NCBI GenBank assembly: GCA_031414775.1
Contig: JANOQI010000024.1
Span: 103,656-167,655 of the forward strand
From: Synechococcales cyanobacterium VAR_4_metabat_354
GTDB lineage: Bacteria; Cyanobacteriota; Cyanobacteriia; Cyanobacteriales; Chamaesiphonaceae
DNA: 64,000 bases
Reading direction: 5' to 3'
This document shows, piece by piece, positions 30,247 to 40,856 of this stretch. Positions within the stretch are counted from its first letter, which is position 1, and each line of letters opens with the position of its first letter. The notes below the pieces were generated by a model. That model ran no database searches. It saw only the letters and a list, made by a program, of their open reading frames with translations, and was not told the origin of the DNA. The translations under genes were made by a program, and so were the position numbers.

Positions 30247-30720
30247 ATGAGAGAACCGAAGGATAAAAACATTTCCTATTTGCTATGGCTGGGATGTTTT
30301 GTAGGGGGGTCCGGACTTCACCGTATTTACCTAGGTCGCTATGTAAGTGGTATTTTCTATTTAATGACTTTAGGCGTGTTCGGATTCGGTCAATTGTTAG
30401 ACCTGGCACTGATTCCGAGCATGGTGGACGAAGAAAACCTGAAGTATGCGGCACTGCGGGGAGGTCTTGGTTATACTCCTGGTCTCCAGTCTGCTAACCA
30501 AATCACGCTAGTTGAAAAAAATCTGCGCCCAGAATCATTAGAAGTAACCGTTCTGCGCATTTGTCGCGATCGAGGCGAAGCAACCCGTAGTGACTGCATT
30601 ATTGATTCTGGAGCCGATCATAAAGACGTCACAGCCACCCTGAAAAGGCTAATTTATGAAGACTTATTGACTGTGCATAATCGAGATTCTGATGGCTCGG
30701 TAGTATATCGAGCTGTTTAG
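30247..30720 (+). CDS. TM2/NINE domain protein
   Basis: GLHRIYLG and GQLLDLALIP motifs. Confidence 0.8.
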   Translation: MREPKDKNISYLLWLGCFVGGSGLHRIYLGRYVSGIFYLMTLGVFGFGQLLDLALIPSMVDEENLKYAALRGGLGYTPGLQSANQITLVEKNLRPESLEVTVLRICRDRGEATRSDCIIDSGADHKDVTATLKRLIYEDLLTVHNRDSDGSVVYRAV

Positions 30721-30778
30721 CCTCAAGCTGCACAGGTTGTGTCAAAATGTAACCCAGTGTTCCAGCGAGGAGTGAATT

Positions 30779-31567
30779 TTGCCTAAGGCTCGTCCAGCTG
30801 CTAGTAGTGCGGCCAAACCAGCAGATGATATCCCGATCGCCCAACGTGATCGTTATACGCCACCGGCGGCCAAGCCCACTATGATCGGATCGCGCCGCCA
30901 GCAGCGATTTTTGCGGTTGATTTTGATTGCTGCTTTTGTTAGCTTGCTCATGCTGGGTGCTTTGCTAATAAAAAATAGCATTAGTAACAATACTAATTCG
31001 GTGAGCATAGCGACAGATAGTACTCCTGCTGTGATCAACGGTGCGACTACTAGCCCAGATATTTTGCTCCATCATTTTCGTTACGAAGAAGCACCTGCTG
31101 ATCAGTTAGTTGCTATTGGTGGTGGTCTTCAGCTCCGGCGACCTGCTGCTCAAAAGTTCCGATCGATGTTGGCAGCGGCACGTGCCGCAGGCGTGAATAT
31201 TACAACCATTTCGGCCTTTCGATCGGTCACCGATCAACAGCGCTTATTTTTTGATGTCAAAGCCGAACGAGCACAGGAAGCCACTAAGCGCGCCGAAGTC
31301 AGTGCCCCACCCAATTACAGTGAGCATCACACCGGCTATGCCGTAGATCTGGGAGACAGTAGTGCTCCAGCTGCTAATCTCAACCAGGGTTTTGATCAGA
31401 CAGCGGCTTTTCAGTGGCTGTCTGAGAATGCTGCCCGTTACAGCTTTGAACTTTCTTTCCGTCAAAACAATACCCAAGGAGTAAGCTATGAGCCTTGGCA
31501 TTGGCGCTATGTCGGGGATAGCGATAGTCTAGAAACTTTTTACAAGGCCAAAAACTCTTCACCTTAA
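30779..31567 (+). CDS. M15B D-alanyl-D-alanine carboxypeptidase (VanY-like)
   Basis: SAFRS, SEHHTGYAVD and YEPWHWRY motifs; start uncertain. Confidence 0.85.
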   Translation: MPKARPAASSAAKPADDIPIAQRDRYTPPAAKPTMIGSRRQQRFLRLILIAAFVSLLMLGALLIKNSISNNTNSVSIATDSTPAVINGATTSPDILLHHFRYEEAPADQLVAIGGGLQLRRPAAQKFRSMLAAARAAGVNITTISAFRSVTDQQRLFFDVKAERAQEATKRAEVSAPPNYSEHHTGYAVDLGDSSAPAANLNQGFDQTAAFQWLSENAARYSFELSFRQNNTQGVSYEPWHWRYVGDSDSLETFYKAKNSSP

Positions 31568-31570
31568 TTT

Positions 31571-32242
31571 ATGCAGCCGCCGAATCCCACCAAAGAAATT
31601 TCTCTGAATATTATTGCCCTATCAGCTTTCACTATTATGTTTGGGAGTCTAGTGGGGCCTTTAGTGCACTTTTCATCGTTGATTCCAATTGGAGCGGTAA
31701 TGGCATTGCTGGTGGGCACGAGCCTCGACAACTTTTTTTTGCAGAGTCGCTGTACTGGCTTGGTCTTAGATACAATCGCCCGTCGTGATCCAGCCTATGC
31801 CCAACGGATTATCTGTCACGAAGCTGGACACTTTTTGGTGGCTCAACGCTTGGAAATTGCGGTGATTGGATATTCTTTGAGTGCTTGGGAAGCTTGGCAA
31901 CAGGGGCAAACTGGTCAAGGCGGGATAGCTTTTGCACCACCGCCTAGTCTGATCTCGGGTAAATTGCTCCAGAGCTATTGCGCCGTTTGGATGGCTGGGA
32001 TCGCCGCCGAACAGCTGATTTATGGCAATAGTATTGGTGGTCAAGATGATCGACAGCAATTACGCAGTATCTTGAAAATGGCGGGATGCGATGCTGGTAG
32101 TATGGTACGAGCCGAAAGTGCTGCTTTGCTGCAAGCTCAAGAGCAACTTGCTCTCCATCGGCCAGCATTGGAGGTTTTAGTCCAAGCTTTGCAAGAGCGC
32201 CGTTCTGTCACCGCCTGCCTGGAACTACTTATTGCGACATGA
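31571..32242 (+). CDS. M41-like Zn-peptidase domain membrane protein
   Basis: HEAGHFLVA and MAGIAAE motifs. Confidence 0.8.
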   Translation: MQPPNPTKEISLNIIALSAFTIMFGSLVGPLVHFSSLIPIGAVMALLVGTSLDNFFLQSRCTGLVLDTIARRDPAYAQRIICHEAGHFLVAQRLEIAVIGYSLSAWEAWQQGQTGQGGIAFAPPPSLISGKLLQSYCAVWMAGIAAEQLIYGNSIGGQDDRQQLRSILKMAGCDAGSMVRAESAALLQAQEQLALHRPALEVLVQALQERRSVTACLELLIAT

Positions 32243-33834
32243 ACGATTTTCAGCCCCAGCAAGTTTACTTACAATACTTACGAGTCCATTCACCCAAGCT
32301 GTTTGCTGCTGGAAATAATCAGGATTTTGCTAGTTTGGAACAGTCGCTAGTTACCTGTGACTGGGATGACCCTCAATCGGCTTGGGAATGGAACAATTTA
32401 GCCGTAGCTGCTTTGGTAGAAGCTGAAAACAGCGCCAATGAGCTGACCCGAGGTCTTTATATTGAAATGGCTTTTAATGCCCTGCAAACTGGGGTAGATA
32501 TAGGGGGATATCCACTTTGTCAGGCACATTTAGCTCTGCTATACGTGATAATGGCTGATTACATTACTGCGGCGGAGATTGCTTTTGACAGTCTCGTTAA
32601 TACTCTCCAAACGGCCTACACTGAGGAAATTGTGCCACCAGGGATCGTCTACCTGCCGCCGACTCGGGGTGGGTTTAGTCAAGCAGAGCATTTGCAGCAG
32701 ATTTTAAATACCGATAATGGTTATTTTCAAGCTCTATATTTGCTGTCAGAGGTGTTGTGGCGCACCCAGTTAAATACCGATCAAGCTCATGCTCTACGGT
32801 TGATGCATTTAGCCACCCAGTTATTGCCCCAGAATTTGATGGCAAATCTGCGGTTAGGAGTTTATTCATTGGGAATGCAGGAGAGTGAAGGCTTGCTCTA
32901 TTTACATCGGGCGCAAGAAATAGCCTCTGATGCGGCGGCGGTGCTCCACTCTCTATATCTGGCCTATGCTGACTTATCTCAGACTAAGGCGGCAGCTTAT
33001 TGGTTGGCAATGGCTCAAGACTATCGCCAGCAGCGCACCGATACTGCGGCTTGGAAATGGATAGCGGCGGTAACTGATACTTGTTTCACTTATGTGGTCT
33101 TTGCGGATCAGGATTGTCTGTTAGCGATCGAACCCAGCTTACAGAGTTTAACCACCCGTGCTTTAATTACCGATGGAGACTGGCCTGAGCCAGAGATCGA
33201 GTTCTGGCGACAGCAAATTCAACCGGGGATGACTGTTCTGGATGTGGGTGCCCATGTTGGCGTTTATACCTTTAGTGCTGCTCAGCTAGTGGGATCACTG
33301 GGACGGGTGCTGTCGATCGAACCCAGCAGTTTTCATAGAGCTTGTCTCCAAGAAAGCATCCGCTTAAATCAGTTCACCTGGGTAGAAGTTTTTCCTGGCG
33401 CTGCTAGTGATCAATCGGGTAAACTGACCCTTTACCTCCAGTCTCCATCGGAATATCATCAGGTGTTAGGAGTAGCAGCGGAGCGGCCTGATTGGGAAGG
33501 TGAGACCGAAGAAGTAGCCTGTTTTCCACTAGATGACTTGGTGATGCAGGCTGAGGTGAAAAGCTTGGATTTTCTGAAGATTTCAACGGTTGGGCATGAA
33601 TTAGCAGTGTTAAAAGGTGCTGCCCAAACTATTCACCAATTTAGCCCGACAATTCTTTACCAGAATTTGTTTAATAACGAGCCAAACTTAGAGATAGCTG
33701 AATTGCTGACGGCACAAGGTTACCAACTCTTTAAATATCGCCCTTATGTCCGCGAACTAATCGCGATCGAGACGACGGATGATTTATTAAACGTGGAAAA
33801 AGTGATTGCTATTCCATGCCTATCAGCCAGCTGA
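32239..33834 (+). CDS. FkbM-family methyltransferase with helical/TPR-like N-terminus
   Basis: VLDVGAHVG, IEP and DFLKI...GHE motifs. Confidence 0.8.
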   Translation: MNDFQPQQVYLQYLRVHSPKLFAAGNNQDFASLEQSLVTCDWDDPQSAWEWNNLAVAALVEAENSANELTRGLYIEMAFNALQTGVDIGGYPLCQAHLALLYVIMADYITAAEIAFDSLVNTLQTAYTEEIVPPGIVYLPPTRGGFSQAEHLQQILNTDNGYFQALYLLSEVLWRTQLNTDQAHALRLMHLATQLLPQNLMANLRLGVYSLGMQESEGLLYLHRAQEIASDAAAVLHSLYLAYADLSQTKAAAYWLAMAQDYRQQRTDTAAWKWIAAVTDTCFTYVVFADQDCLLAIEPSLQSLTTRALITDGDWPEPEIEFWRQQIQPGMTVLDVGAHVGVYTFSAAQLVGSLGRVLSIEPSSFHRACLQESIRLNQFTWVEVFPGAASDQSGKLTLYLQSPSEYHQVLGVAAERPDWEGETEEVACFPLDDLVMQAEVKSLDFLKISTVGHELAVLKGAAQTIHQFSPTILYQNLFNNEPNLEIAELLTAQGYQLFKYRPYVRELIAIETTDDLLNVEKVIAIPCLSAS

Positions 33835-34417
33835 AAGCGTAGCGCCGTTCATAAATGATCTCAGGACTAATTTTATTGCTAATCGGACAGGAGGAAGATT
33901 CTGCATTCATAATTTGCCAATGAGCCTGGTAATGCTGCTCTTCGGCAATTATTAAAGCATCAGTATGGCGCAAGCAAGCATCTACTACAAACTGGGCAGT
34001 ACTGCTGGTGATATGATCAAGATAGGGCATGGTCGCCAACTCAAAACGTTGATGGAGGGGTGGTAAATCATCTAAATATCCCATTGACCACAGCAGTACG
34101 GCTAAGCTTTCGGTGAGCCAGCCAAAAGTGTCGCGGTCTTGATCGCTCACATTTTTAGTAAAATAAAATTTTTTTTCGGCTTCGGAAAAATGCTTATGAA
34201 CTCCGTAGGCGTATACCCATTCCAATGCTGGACTGGCTTCTATAGTATAAGCGCGATCGAGAATTGCCAAAATTGCTAAAACTCTTTGAGCCACTTCGTA
34301 AGGATGACGAATATTGAGTTTGAAGTCGAAGTTATGGGCATCCAGCATGTTCATTAGACTAAAAACTTGGTATGTGTATATGCTCCTAAAATTTAAAGTA
34401 CCCATTGTAAGAGTCAA
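33809..34417 (-). CDS. DUF4272-like protein
   Basis: [11 protein letters not shown] and [10 protein letters not shown] motifs; start uncertain. Confidence 0.6.
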   Translation of the reverse strand: MTLTMGTLNFRSIYTYQVFSLMNMLDAHNFDFKLNIRHPYEVAQRVLAILAILDRAYTIEASPALEWVYAYGVHKHFSEAEKKFYFTKNVSDQDRDTFGWLTESLAVLLWSMGYLDDLPPLHQRFELATMPYLDHITSSTAQFVVDACLRHTDALIIAEEQHYQAHWQIMNAESSSCPISNKISPEIIYERRYAFSWLIGME

Positions 34418-34450
34418 TTAATCGATATTTACTTAATTAATCAGCCAAAT

Positions 34451-35767
34451 ATGTTGACTACTGAATCTATAGAAGCTAACTCTCTCCTGAGCATTGGTCG
34501 TTGCACTCGCAGTGCAGCTAAAAAATTGGCCACTCTGAATACAGTGGCTCGTCAGCAGGCGATCGAACAGATGGCTCAAGCCCTCGAACAAGATGCCGCT
34601 GCGATTATTGCCGCTAATCAGTCTGACTGCGCTGCTGCGGTTGATCATATTGCCCCCGCCCTCTATGCCCGCTTAAAACTGGATCAAGGAAAGCTGCAAG
34701 CGGGTATCAGGGGAGTAAGGGATGTGGCCAAACTGGCTGATCCGATCGGCCAAACCCAAATTAAGCGGGAGCTGGATACCAATTTAGTGTTGGAGCGGAT
34801 TACCTGCCCACTGGGCGTGCTGGGGGTAATTTTTGAAGCTCGTCCGGATGCGGTGATTCAAATTGTTAGCTTGGCAATTATGTCTGGCAACGGGGTGATT
34901 TTAAAGGGCGGCCAAGAAGCCTTACAGTCTTGTACCCAGCTTGTGAAAACCCTCAAAGCCGGATTGGCTAACAGCGCTGTTGATCCAGAAGTGGTGCAGT
35001 TATTGACCACCCGCTCGGAAACCATTGAACTCTTGCAACTTGATCGCTATGTGGATTTAATTATTCCGCGTGGCTCCAATAGCTTTGTGCGTTATGTTCA
35101 AGACCATACTAAAATTCCGGTTTTGGGCCATGCGGAAGGCATTTGCCACATTTATGTAGATCAAACTGCTCAAATTCAGCAGGCAGTGGATATTTGCGTG
35201 GATTCTAAGGTGCAATATGCTGCCGCTTGTAATGCGGTGGAAACGATTTTAGTGCATCAGTCAATTGCTCGCCAGTTTTTGCCCTCGGTGATCAAGGCTC
35301 TCCAAGATCAAGGCGTAGAAGTCCGACTAGATCAATTAGGCCAAGAACTTTTGGAAAATTCTAGTTTGCCCTTGGCTACTGAGGAAGATTGGGTCACAGA
35401 GTATAGCGATTTTGTGGTGGCGATCAAGATTGTGTCTGATTTGGGGCAGGCGATCGATCACATCAATACTTATGGTTCTCGCCACACTGAAGCTATTGTC
35501 ACGGAAGATGCCACCGCGGCTCAGACTTTTCGGGCAGAAGTGGATGCAGCAGGGGTTTTTCATAATTGCTCCACGCGCTTTGCCGATGGTTTTCGCTATG
35601 GTTTGGGTGCAGAAGTGGGCATTAGTACCCAAAAAATGCCACCGCGTGGACCGGTGGGCTTAGAAGGATTAGTCACTTATAAGTATCATTTAGTAGGTCA
35701 GGGGCAAATTGTAGCTAGCTATACTGGCGCGGCGGCTAAATCTTTTACCCATCATGATTTACTGTAG
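34451..35767 (+). CDS. proA: Gamma-glutamyl phosphate reductase
   Basis: [20 protein letters not shown] and [20 protein letters not shown] motifs. Confidence 0.95.
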   Translation: MLTTESIEANSLLSIGRCTRSAAKKLATLNTVARQQAIEQMAQALEQDAAAIIAANQSDCAAAVDHIAPALYARLKLDQGKLQAGIRGVRDVAKLADPIGQTQIKRELDTNLVLERITCPLGVLGVIFEARPDAVIQIVSLAIMSGNGVILKGGQEALQSCTQLVKTLKAGLANSAVDPEVVQLLTTRSETIELLQLDRYVDLIIPRGSNSFVRYVQDHTKIPVLGHAEGICHIYVDQTAQIQQAVDICVDSKVQYAAACNAVETILVHQSIARQFLPSVIKALQDQGVEVRLDQLGQELLENSSLPLATEEDWVTEYSDFVVAIKIVSDLGQAIDHINTYGSRHTEAIVTEDATAAQTFRAEVDAAGVFHNCSTRFADGFRYGLGAEVGISTQKMPPRGPVGLEGLVTYKYHLVGQGQIVASYTGAAAKSFTHHDLL

Positions 35768-35923
35768 CCACAGAGTTTCGATCCTCGATCTACCAGCCAA
35801 CCTCTGCATATTATCTTTTTTTTAGATGGTATCGAGCGATCAAAACAGTAAAGAACTTCCAGTGAACTTGGTTATTTCACAAATCAAAGTGATATTATTT
35901 ATGACATCAATACATCTGTCTAT

Positions 35924-36586
35924 ATGTTGAACATCAGAAAAGCTTGTTGGGGAATGCTGGGAGTAATAGCGATCGGATCTTTTGAACCAGCTGTATGGGC
36001 GGCTATCCCAGAGACCAAGCCCGTCGTTCATGGCGCACCAAGACTCGCAGAAAACTTGGCCGACGTTTTTAAGGGGAACAGCATTCCCAACTCTATCAAG
36101 CTGAAGGAATTGAATCCCGAATGGCGAGCAATGAGTACCAACGGACAATTTGAATTTGGCAACCTGCAAGCCTTTGTGAGTACATTTGGGGCTGGTTCTT
36201 TTGCCGCCAGCTATTACACTAAAGGCCAAACTGTGTCGATCGGCTCCGAGACCTATATAGTGGCTTATAGTTTACTCTCTTTAGTAGAGAAAATCTCTCC
36301 AGAGATGCCTCTCAATCTCTCCTTGCTTAATCTCAAGACAATCGGGAGCATGAGCAACATTCGTTCTTTTGATCCGATCGCCGAAACCAAGGTTTTAGAA
36401 AAGCAGCTCGCTAGTCTCCAATTAGCCAATGTCTTTGACCCCACCAAGGTTAACGAAGATAAGGATAAACCCGCAGAAATACCAACTGTTACTCCGCCGA
36501 AAGTTAAACCAACTATCCGTAAGCAGCGCCGTTCTAACAGAAAACCACTCCGCAGAACCAGAACTATCAGAAGAATCAATCGTTAA
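35924..36586 (+). CDS. Exported hypothetical protein with basic C-terminal tail
   Basis: Signal-peptide-like N-terminus; YYTKGQT...ETYIVAY. Confidence 0.65.
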   Translation: MLNIRKACWGMLGVIAIGSFEPAVWAAIPETKPVVHGAPRLAENLADVFKGNSIPNSIKLKELNPEWRAMSTNGQFEFGNLQAFVSTFGAGSFAASYYTKGQTVSIGSETYIVAYSLLSLVEKISPEMPLNLSLLNLKTIGSMSNIRSFDPIAETKVLEKQLASLQLANVFDPTKVNEDKDKPAEIPTVTPPKVKPTIRKQRRSNRKPLRRTRTIRRINR

Positions 36587-36592
36587 ATTTGT

Positions 36593-36964
36593 ATGGATGT
36601 AATTCAGCTCACTGGCATTCGCTGTTATGGCTACACTGGCTACTTGGCCGCAGAACAATCTTTAGGCCAGTGGTTTGAAGTAGATTTGCGGCTGAGCCTT
36701 GATTTAGCGCCCGCTGGACAAAGCGATCGATTGGAAGATACCCTCGATTACCGCAGCATCATTGCTGAAGTAAAAGAGATTATCTGTACCCAAAAGTTTG
36801 CGCTGGTTGAAAAACTTGCCGAAACTTTAGTCCAAGCGGTGCTTAAATATAATCATGTGCAGCAAGTCGAGCTGAAGTTACATAAACTAGCTGCCCCAAT
36901 TCCAGACTTTGGCGGTAAAATCACGATCGAACTGCAACGATCTAAAAATTCAATCCGTCCATGA
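36593..36964 (+). CDS. folB: Dihydroneopterin aldolase
   Basis: YGYTG..AEQSLGQWFEVD and DTLDY motifs. Confidence 0.93.
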   Translation: MDVIQLTGIRCYGYTGYLAAEQSLGQWFEVDLRLSLDLAPAGQSDRLEDTLDYRSIIAEVKEIICTQKFALVEKLAETLVQAVLKYNHVQQVELKLHKLAAPIPDFGGKITIELQRSKNSIRP

Positions 36965-37602
36965 AAGGAAAGTTTATTGTTTTTGAGGGGGTCGAAGGCT
37001 CGGGGAAGACCACCCACATTGCCCATGCCTATCAGTGGCTCCGCCATAGCTATCATCAAAAAATTCCGGTGATCACCACCCGGCAGCCCGGTGGGACTGG
37101 ATTAGGTGTAGCGATTCGGCAGTTGCTCCTAGAGGAGGAGACTGACTATCCGCTAGACGATCGAGCAGAGCTGCTTTTGTATGCTGCCGATCGAGCGCAA
37201 CATTTAGCCGAAATTGTCCAGCCCCAGCTAGAAGTGGGCGGATTAGTGTTGTGCGACAGATATACCGATTCGACTATTGCATATCAGGGTTATGGTCGGG
37301 GCTTGGATCTAAAGTTAATTGAACAGATCAATCATTTAGCGACAGCTGGTCTAGAGAGCAATTTAACAATTTGGCTGGATGTCGATGTCGAAATTGGTCT
37401 GCAACGCGCCAGACAACGGGGCAAGATCGATCGGATGGAGAAGAATGAAATTGCCTTTCACCAGCGGGTGCAACAGGGTTATCAAGGATTAGCAAAGGCT
37501 CATCCTGATCGGATTTGGCGAGTAGATGCCAGCGGTACCGAAGCTGAAATCCAAGCCCAGATCCAAGAAATTTTGAGTCAATATTTACAGCTGAAACACT
37601 AA
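36961..37602 (+). CDS. tmk: Thymidylate kinase
   Basis: FEGVEGSGKTT and LCDRYTDSTIAYQG motifs. Confidence 0.95.
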   Translation: MKGKFIVFEGVEGSGKTTHIAHAYQWLRHSYHQKIPVITTRQPGGTGLGVAIRQLLLEEETDYPLDDRAELLLYAADRAQHLAEIVQPQLEVGGLVLCDRYTDSTIAYQGYGRGLDLKLIEQINHLATAGLESNLTIWLDVDVEIGLQRARQRGKIDRMEKNEIAFHQRVQQGYQGLAKAHPDRIWRVDASGTEAEIQAQIQEILSQYLQLKH

Positions 37603-37737
37603 GTAACTTAGTGTAAGTGTTACATTATGGTGATTTCCATTGATTTTTGGGAGTTGAAACGCTAATATCTGGTGAAATAATATTCCCTAATTGGTTTTGG
37701 GGACGAAGTACTAACACCCATTTTATTGGTTGCTCAT

Positions 37738-38670
37738 ATGACTCAAAACCCAAATAATCGTCGGCGGCGGCTGACTGCTGATGAACTAATCGCCATATTG
37801 GTCGCCTTTGCTGGCCTGGGTACAATTTTTTGGTGGTCATTCACGCGTCGCCCAGCTCCAGTAATGAATGCCTCCTTAAATAATGGGGCGCAAGTTGCTA
37901 GCGAGGCTAGTGTGATCCAGACTTTTCCCTTAACAGCACCAGCTGCTACTGTTACCCAGCTGACTCCAGCCCCAACTAAGAGTGTGGCTGTCAAATCGTC
38001 TCCGCAAGAATCGTTAGAGTCTGTTCCGACAGATATTGCTCCTGGTGCCGCCGCTATCGTCACCGCCCCATCGGTGGCTCTGTCTCAATCTTCTTCCAGT
38101 ACTCCAGCTTTTCAGGATGTGCCTGATCAGTATTGGGGTAAGGACTACATTACTGTTTTGAAAGAGCGGGGGGTGTTGGATGATTTTGGTAACGGTAAAT
38201 TTGATCCAAATGCTCCGATCACTAGAGGCGAATATGCCAAAATGCTCGATCGAGCGTTCGATCGACCAGTCAGCCAACAGGTGCTGGAATTTAAAGATGT
38301 TCCGGATAGCTACCCCCGCCGAGTAGCTCTCGATAAAGCCGTTAAAATGGGCTTCATGACGGGCTATCCCCAAGCCAAATTTGCCCCGGATGAAAAAATT
38401 TCCCGTTTTCAAATGCAAATTTCTCTGGCTAAAGGCATGAATCTGGCTGTGCCTGGTGATGCGGAAGCTACTCTGACTAAATATGCCGACGCTGATGCTT
38501 TGCCCAAGTATGCCCGTCCTAAAATGGGAGCGGCAATCGCTGCTGGTTTTGTGATTAAAGACGGACAAGACACTAAGTTACAGCCCCTAAAGTCCGCCAC
38601 CAGAGGAGAAGCCACTGCCTTGATTTACGAGGCTCTGGTTAAGGATGGTCAGATTCCAGCGGGTAAATAA
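37738..38670 (+). CDS. S-layer homology (SLH) domain protein with N-terminal TM
   Basis: Three SLH-like repeats (FQDVP, ITRGE, ATRGEA). Confidence 0.85.
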   Translation: MTQNPNNRRRRLTADELIAILVAFAGLGTIFWWSFTRRPAPVMNASLNNGAQVASEASVIQTFPLTAPAATVTQLTPAPTKSVAVKSSPQESLESVPTDIAPGAAAIVTAPSVALSQSSSSTPAFQDVPDQYWGKDYITVLKERGVLDDFGNGKFDPNAPITRGEYAKMLDRAFDRPVSQQVLEFKDVPDSYPRRVALDKAVKMGFMTGYPQAKFAPDEKISRFQMQISLAKGMNLAVPGDAEATLTKYADADALPKYARPKMGAAIAAGFVIKDGQDTKLQPLKSATRGEATALIYEALVKDGQIPAGK

Positions 38671-38709
38671 CAGCTACAATGAAGTTTAAGTAAGATTGGA
38701 GCTAAAAAT

Positions 38710-38949
38710 ATGGAAGCACTAGTACTCAATAACGAAAACGTCGAAACCATTTTGGACGAAATGCGCCCCTACCTAATTTCGGATGGTGGCAACGTCGAGT
38801 TAGTAGAAATCGATGGGCCCATCGTCAAGCTGCGTCTCCAAGGTGCCTGTGGCTCTTGTCCCAGTTCAACAATGACCTTGCGGATGGGCATTGAGCGTCG
38901 TCTGCGGGATGCCATTCCCGAAATTGAAGAAATCGAACAAGTTTTCTAG
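38710..38949 (+). CDS. nfuA: NifU C-terminal/NfuA Fe-S scaffold
   Basis: [12 protein letters not shown] and GACGSCPSS motifs. Confidence 0.9.
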   Translation: MEALVLNNENVETILDEMRPYLISDGGNVELVEIDGPIVKLRLQGACGSCPSSTMTLRMGIERRLRDAIPEIEEIEQVF

Positions 38950-38981
38950 AAATGGTCGCTGTGCTATGATTAGCACAGTTA

Positions 38982-39054
38982 GGGCATGTAGCTCAGTGGA
39001 TAGAGCATCAGATTCCGGTTCTGAGGGTCGGGGGTTCAAGTCCCTCCATGCTCA
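38982..39054 (+). tRNA. tRNA-Arg(CCG)
   Basis: Acceptor GGGCATG/CATGCTC; anticodon arm TCAGA-TTCCGGT-TCTGA; GTTCAAG T-loop; TGnTATGAT -10 upstream; CCA not encoded. Confidence 0.95.
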
Positions 39055-39076
39055 TTTAATTATGATTCTTGTAAAT

Positions 39077-39110
39077 AAATAACCCTGGTTCTGCGAGCCA
39101 GTGTTATTTT
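39077..39110. terminator. Probable bidirectional terminator
   Basis: aaataac-c-ctggttc-tgc-gagccag-t-gttattt between the convergent tRNA and CDS. Confidence 0.55.
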
Positions 39111-39133
39111 GTCTATTTTAAAAGCCTTGATCT

Positions 39134-39517
39134 TTAATCTTGAATGTATTCTGTGCCGTCAATCAAAGCAACCTCAGCACGTTGCGATTCCCGACCAAGA
39201 TAGGCGGCATGATTCAACATAGTGACTAGAATTGTTTGCTCGCCTTCAAATAAAGCGACACATAGCTCTTTGGCTGTTCTACCAGCGTAAAGGGTTTCGG
39301 TGGTGCGGGCTGTTTTACCTTTGGCCGGGATGACTTTGCCAGTTTCGGGATCTACTGCCAATCCTCGATTGTCAATCACATTGGTGTAGTGTTTAGCGCA
39401 GATTAGTCCAGCTGGTCGATCCACATAAATAATAAAATAGCCGCTCGGGTCGAGATCGATCGGACGATTCGACAACTGTCGATCGATAGATTGCAAATTT
39501 TCGGCAATAAAAGTCAT
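39134..39517 (-). CDS. DUF4346 family protein
   Basis: LDPSGYFIIY, GRTAKEL, HAAYLGRE and terminal YIQD motifs. Confidence 0.8.
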   Translation of the reverse strand: MTFIAENLQSIDRQLSNRPIDLDPSGYFIIYVDRPAGLICAKHYTNVIDNRGLAVDPETGKVIPAKGKTARTTETLYAGRTAKELCVALFEGEQTILVTMLNHAAYLGRESQRAEVALIDGTEYIQD

Positions 39518-39766
39518 CTCTGGCACTGGGGATTCGATCGAATATATTTGGCAACACTTAACTTTACACAATATAGCAAATTGATATGTTCTGTGTGACA
39601 AATTCACTTCACTGTTAGCCTGATTTTCACAGTGAATTTTTTCAATTACATATTTAGAATATCCAGCAATAAAAACAGTAGGTGTGATTCAATGGTGGAA
39701 GATTAATAATATTGGCTTCAGTCTTTACGGAGAGTAAAGATTGATTCGCGTCTTTAGTGCATCTTC

Positions 39767-40402
39767 ATGAAAAAAGAACCCCAGATTATCGTTGTTCATA
39801 ATGGTAAAGGTGGCGTAGGTAAAACCACTACTACTATGGGTTTAGCAGCGATTTTAGCTGAAAAATATCAAGTTTCGGTAGTAGATACCGATGAACAGGG
39901 CAGCTGTACCTGGTGGGCTAGTCGCGGTGAGATGCCATTCAATTGCATACAAATGACTAAACCTGAAGATCTGCGAAATTTAAAGCAACTTCAAGGCTAC
40001 AATTTAGTATTAGTAGATACGCCGCCAGCGTTGCGCGCTACTGCTTTGGCAGCAATGATCGAAATCGCTGACTACGTAGTTCTGCCCAGCCCTTGTGCTC
40101 CGATGGATTTGGTCGCCCTGATTCAAACAGTGCAAGAGGTGGTCTCACCTACCAAGATTCCACATCGGGTTTTGTTTACCAAGGTCGATAGTCGGAGTTT
40201 GGGGGAAGCGATCGAGGCTCAAAATCAACTAATGAGTTTGGGCATTCCTACCTGTCACTCTTTTGTCCGAGCTTATAAGGCTCACGAACGAGCGGCACTA
40301 GAGGGAGCAACTGTCGTCCAAATGCGGGGTAAGCAAGCCCGCGAAGCGGAGGCCGACTACCGGCGTGTGGCTGACGAATTACAACGTGATTGGAGAAATT
40401 AA
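39767..40402 (+). CDS. mcdA: ParA-family ATPase, probable type 2 McdA
   Basis: KGGVGKTT, DTDEQGS..WW and DTPP motifs; coupled to a coiled-coil partner. Confidence 0.7.
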   Translation: MKKEPQIIVVHNGKGGVGKTTTTMGLAAILAEKYQVSVVDTDEQGSCTWWASRGEMPFNCIQMTKPEDLRNLKQLQGYNLVLVDTPPALRATALAAMIEIADYVVLPSPCAPMDLVALIQTVQEVVSPTKIPHRVLFTKVDSRSLGEAIEAQNQLMSLGIPTCHSFVRAYKAHERAALEGATVVQMRGKQAREAEADYRRVADELQRDWRN

Positions 40403-40791
40403 TGGTCAAGAGACGAAGTATCGGCGATTTAATAAAACAAGAAATAGATAAAAACGATCAATCCCCAGAACCAGAAAAAATGCCAGAAACTAAGCAGTCC
40501 GACTCCGCATCCAATAATAAAGTTAAAGAACTAGAAGCTGAGCTAGTCGAAAAAGACAAGACGATTGCCAAGCTCGAAAAAGATTTGGCTGCTACCAAGC
40601 AGCTGAAAAGTGAGCTAGATAGCGCCAAGAAAGACGCTCTGAATTTGGCAAAAGAAAATACTAGCCTCAAAAACAGGATTGATGAAACTCGCCATGCTCA
40701 CAATAGTGGCGGTGCGCTTGTTCCTCATGAAGTGGTGGTGCAATCACCTGAGCCTGTTGGTGATTTTGCACTGAGTACCTGGCTTCTGTAG
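40402..40791 (+). CDS. mcdB: Coiled-coil protein, probable McdB
   Basis: Basic N-terminus (KRRS), central coiled coil, Trp third from the C-terminus (STWLL); TAATG overlap. Confidence 0.65.
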   Translation: MVKRRSIGDLIKQEIDKNDQSPEPEKMPETKQSDSASNNKVKELEAELVEKDKTIAKLEKDLAATKQLKSELDSAKKDALNLAKENTSLKNRIDETRHAHNSGGALVPHEVVVQSPEPVGDFALSTWLL

Positions 40792-40856
40792 GAATTTTAA
40801 TTTAATTAATGCAAAACCCTAGCTAGCGAAAGCTGGGGTTGTTGTTGGAAGGCAAT

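Noticed and set aside
33809..33834. 26-bp convergent overlap of the FkbM and DUF4272-like genes as a sign of truncation
   Set aside because: Short 3' overlaps are common and no remnant of a longer tail is visible
37612..37624. TGTAA-gtg-TTACA as an NtcA site
   Set aside because: Spacing is GTA-N5-TAC, not N8
38891..39082. 63-aa ORF after nfuA
   Set aside because: It spans the tRNA-Arg gene
38982..40791. tRNA plus nearby ParA as an integrated plasmid or genomic island
   Set aside because: No integrase or duplicated tRNA 3' end; flanks are core genes; the pair fits McdAB better
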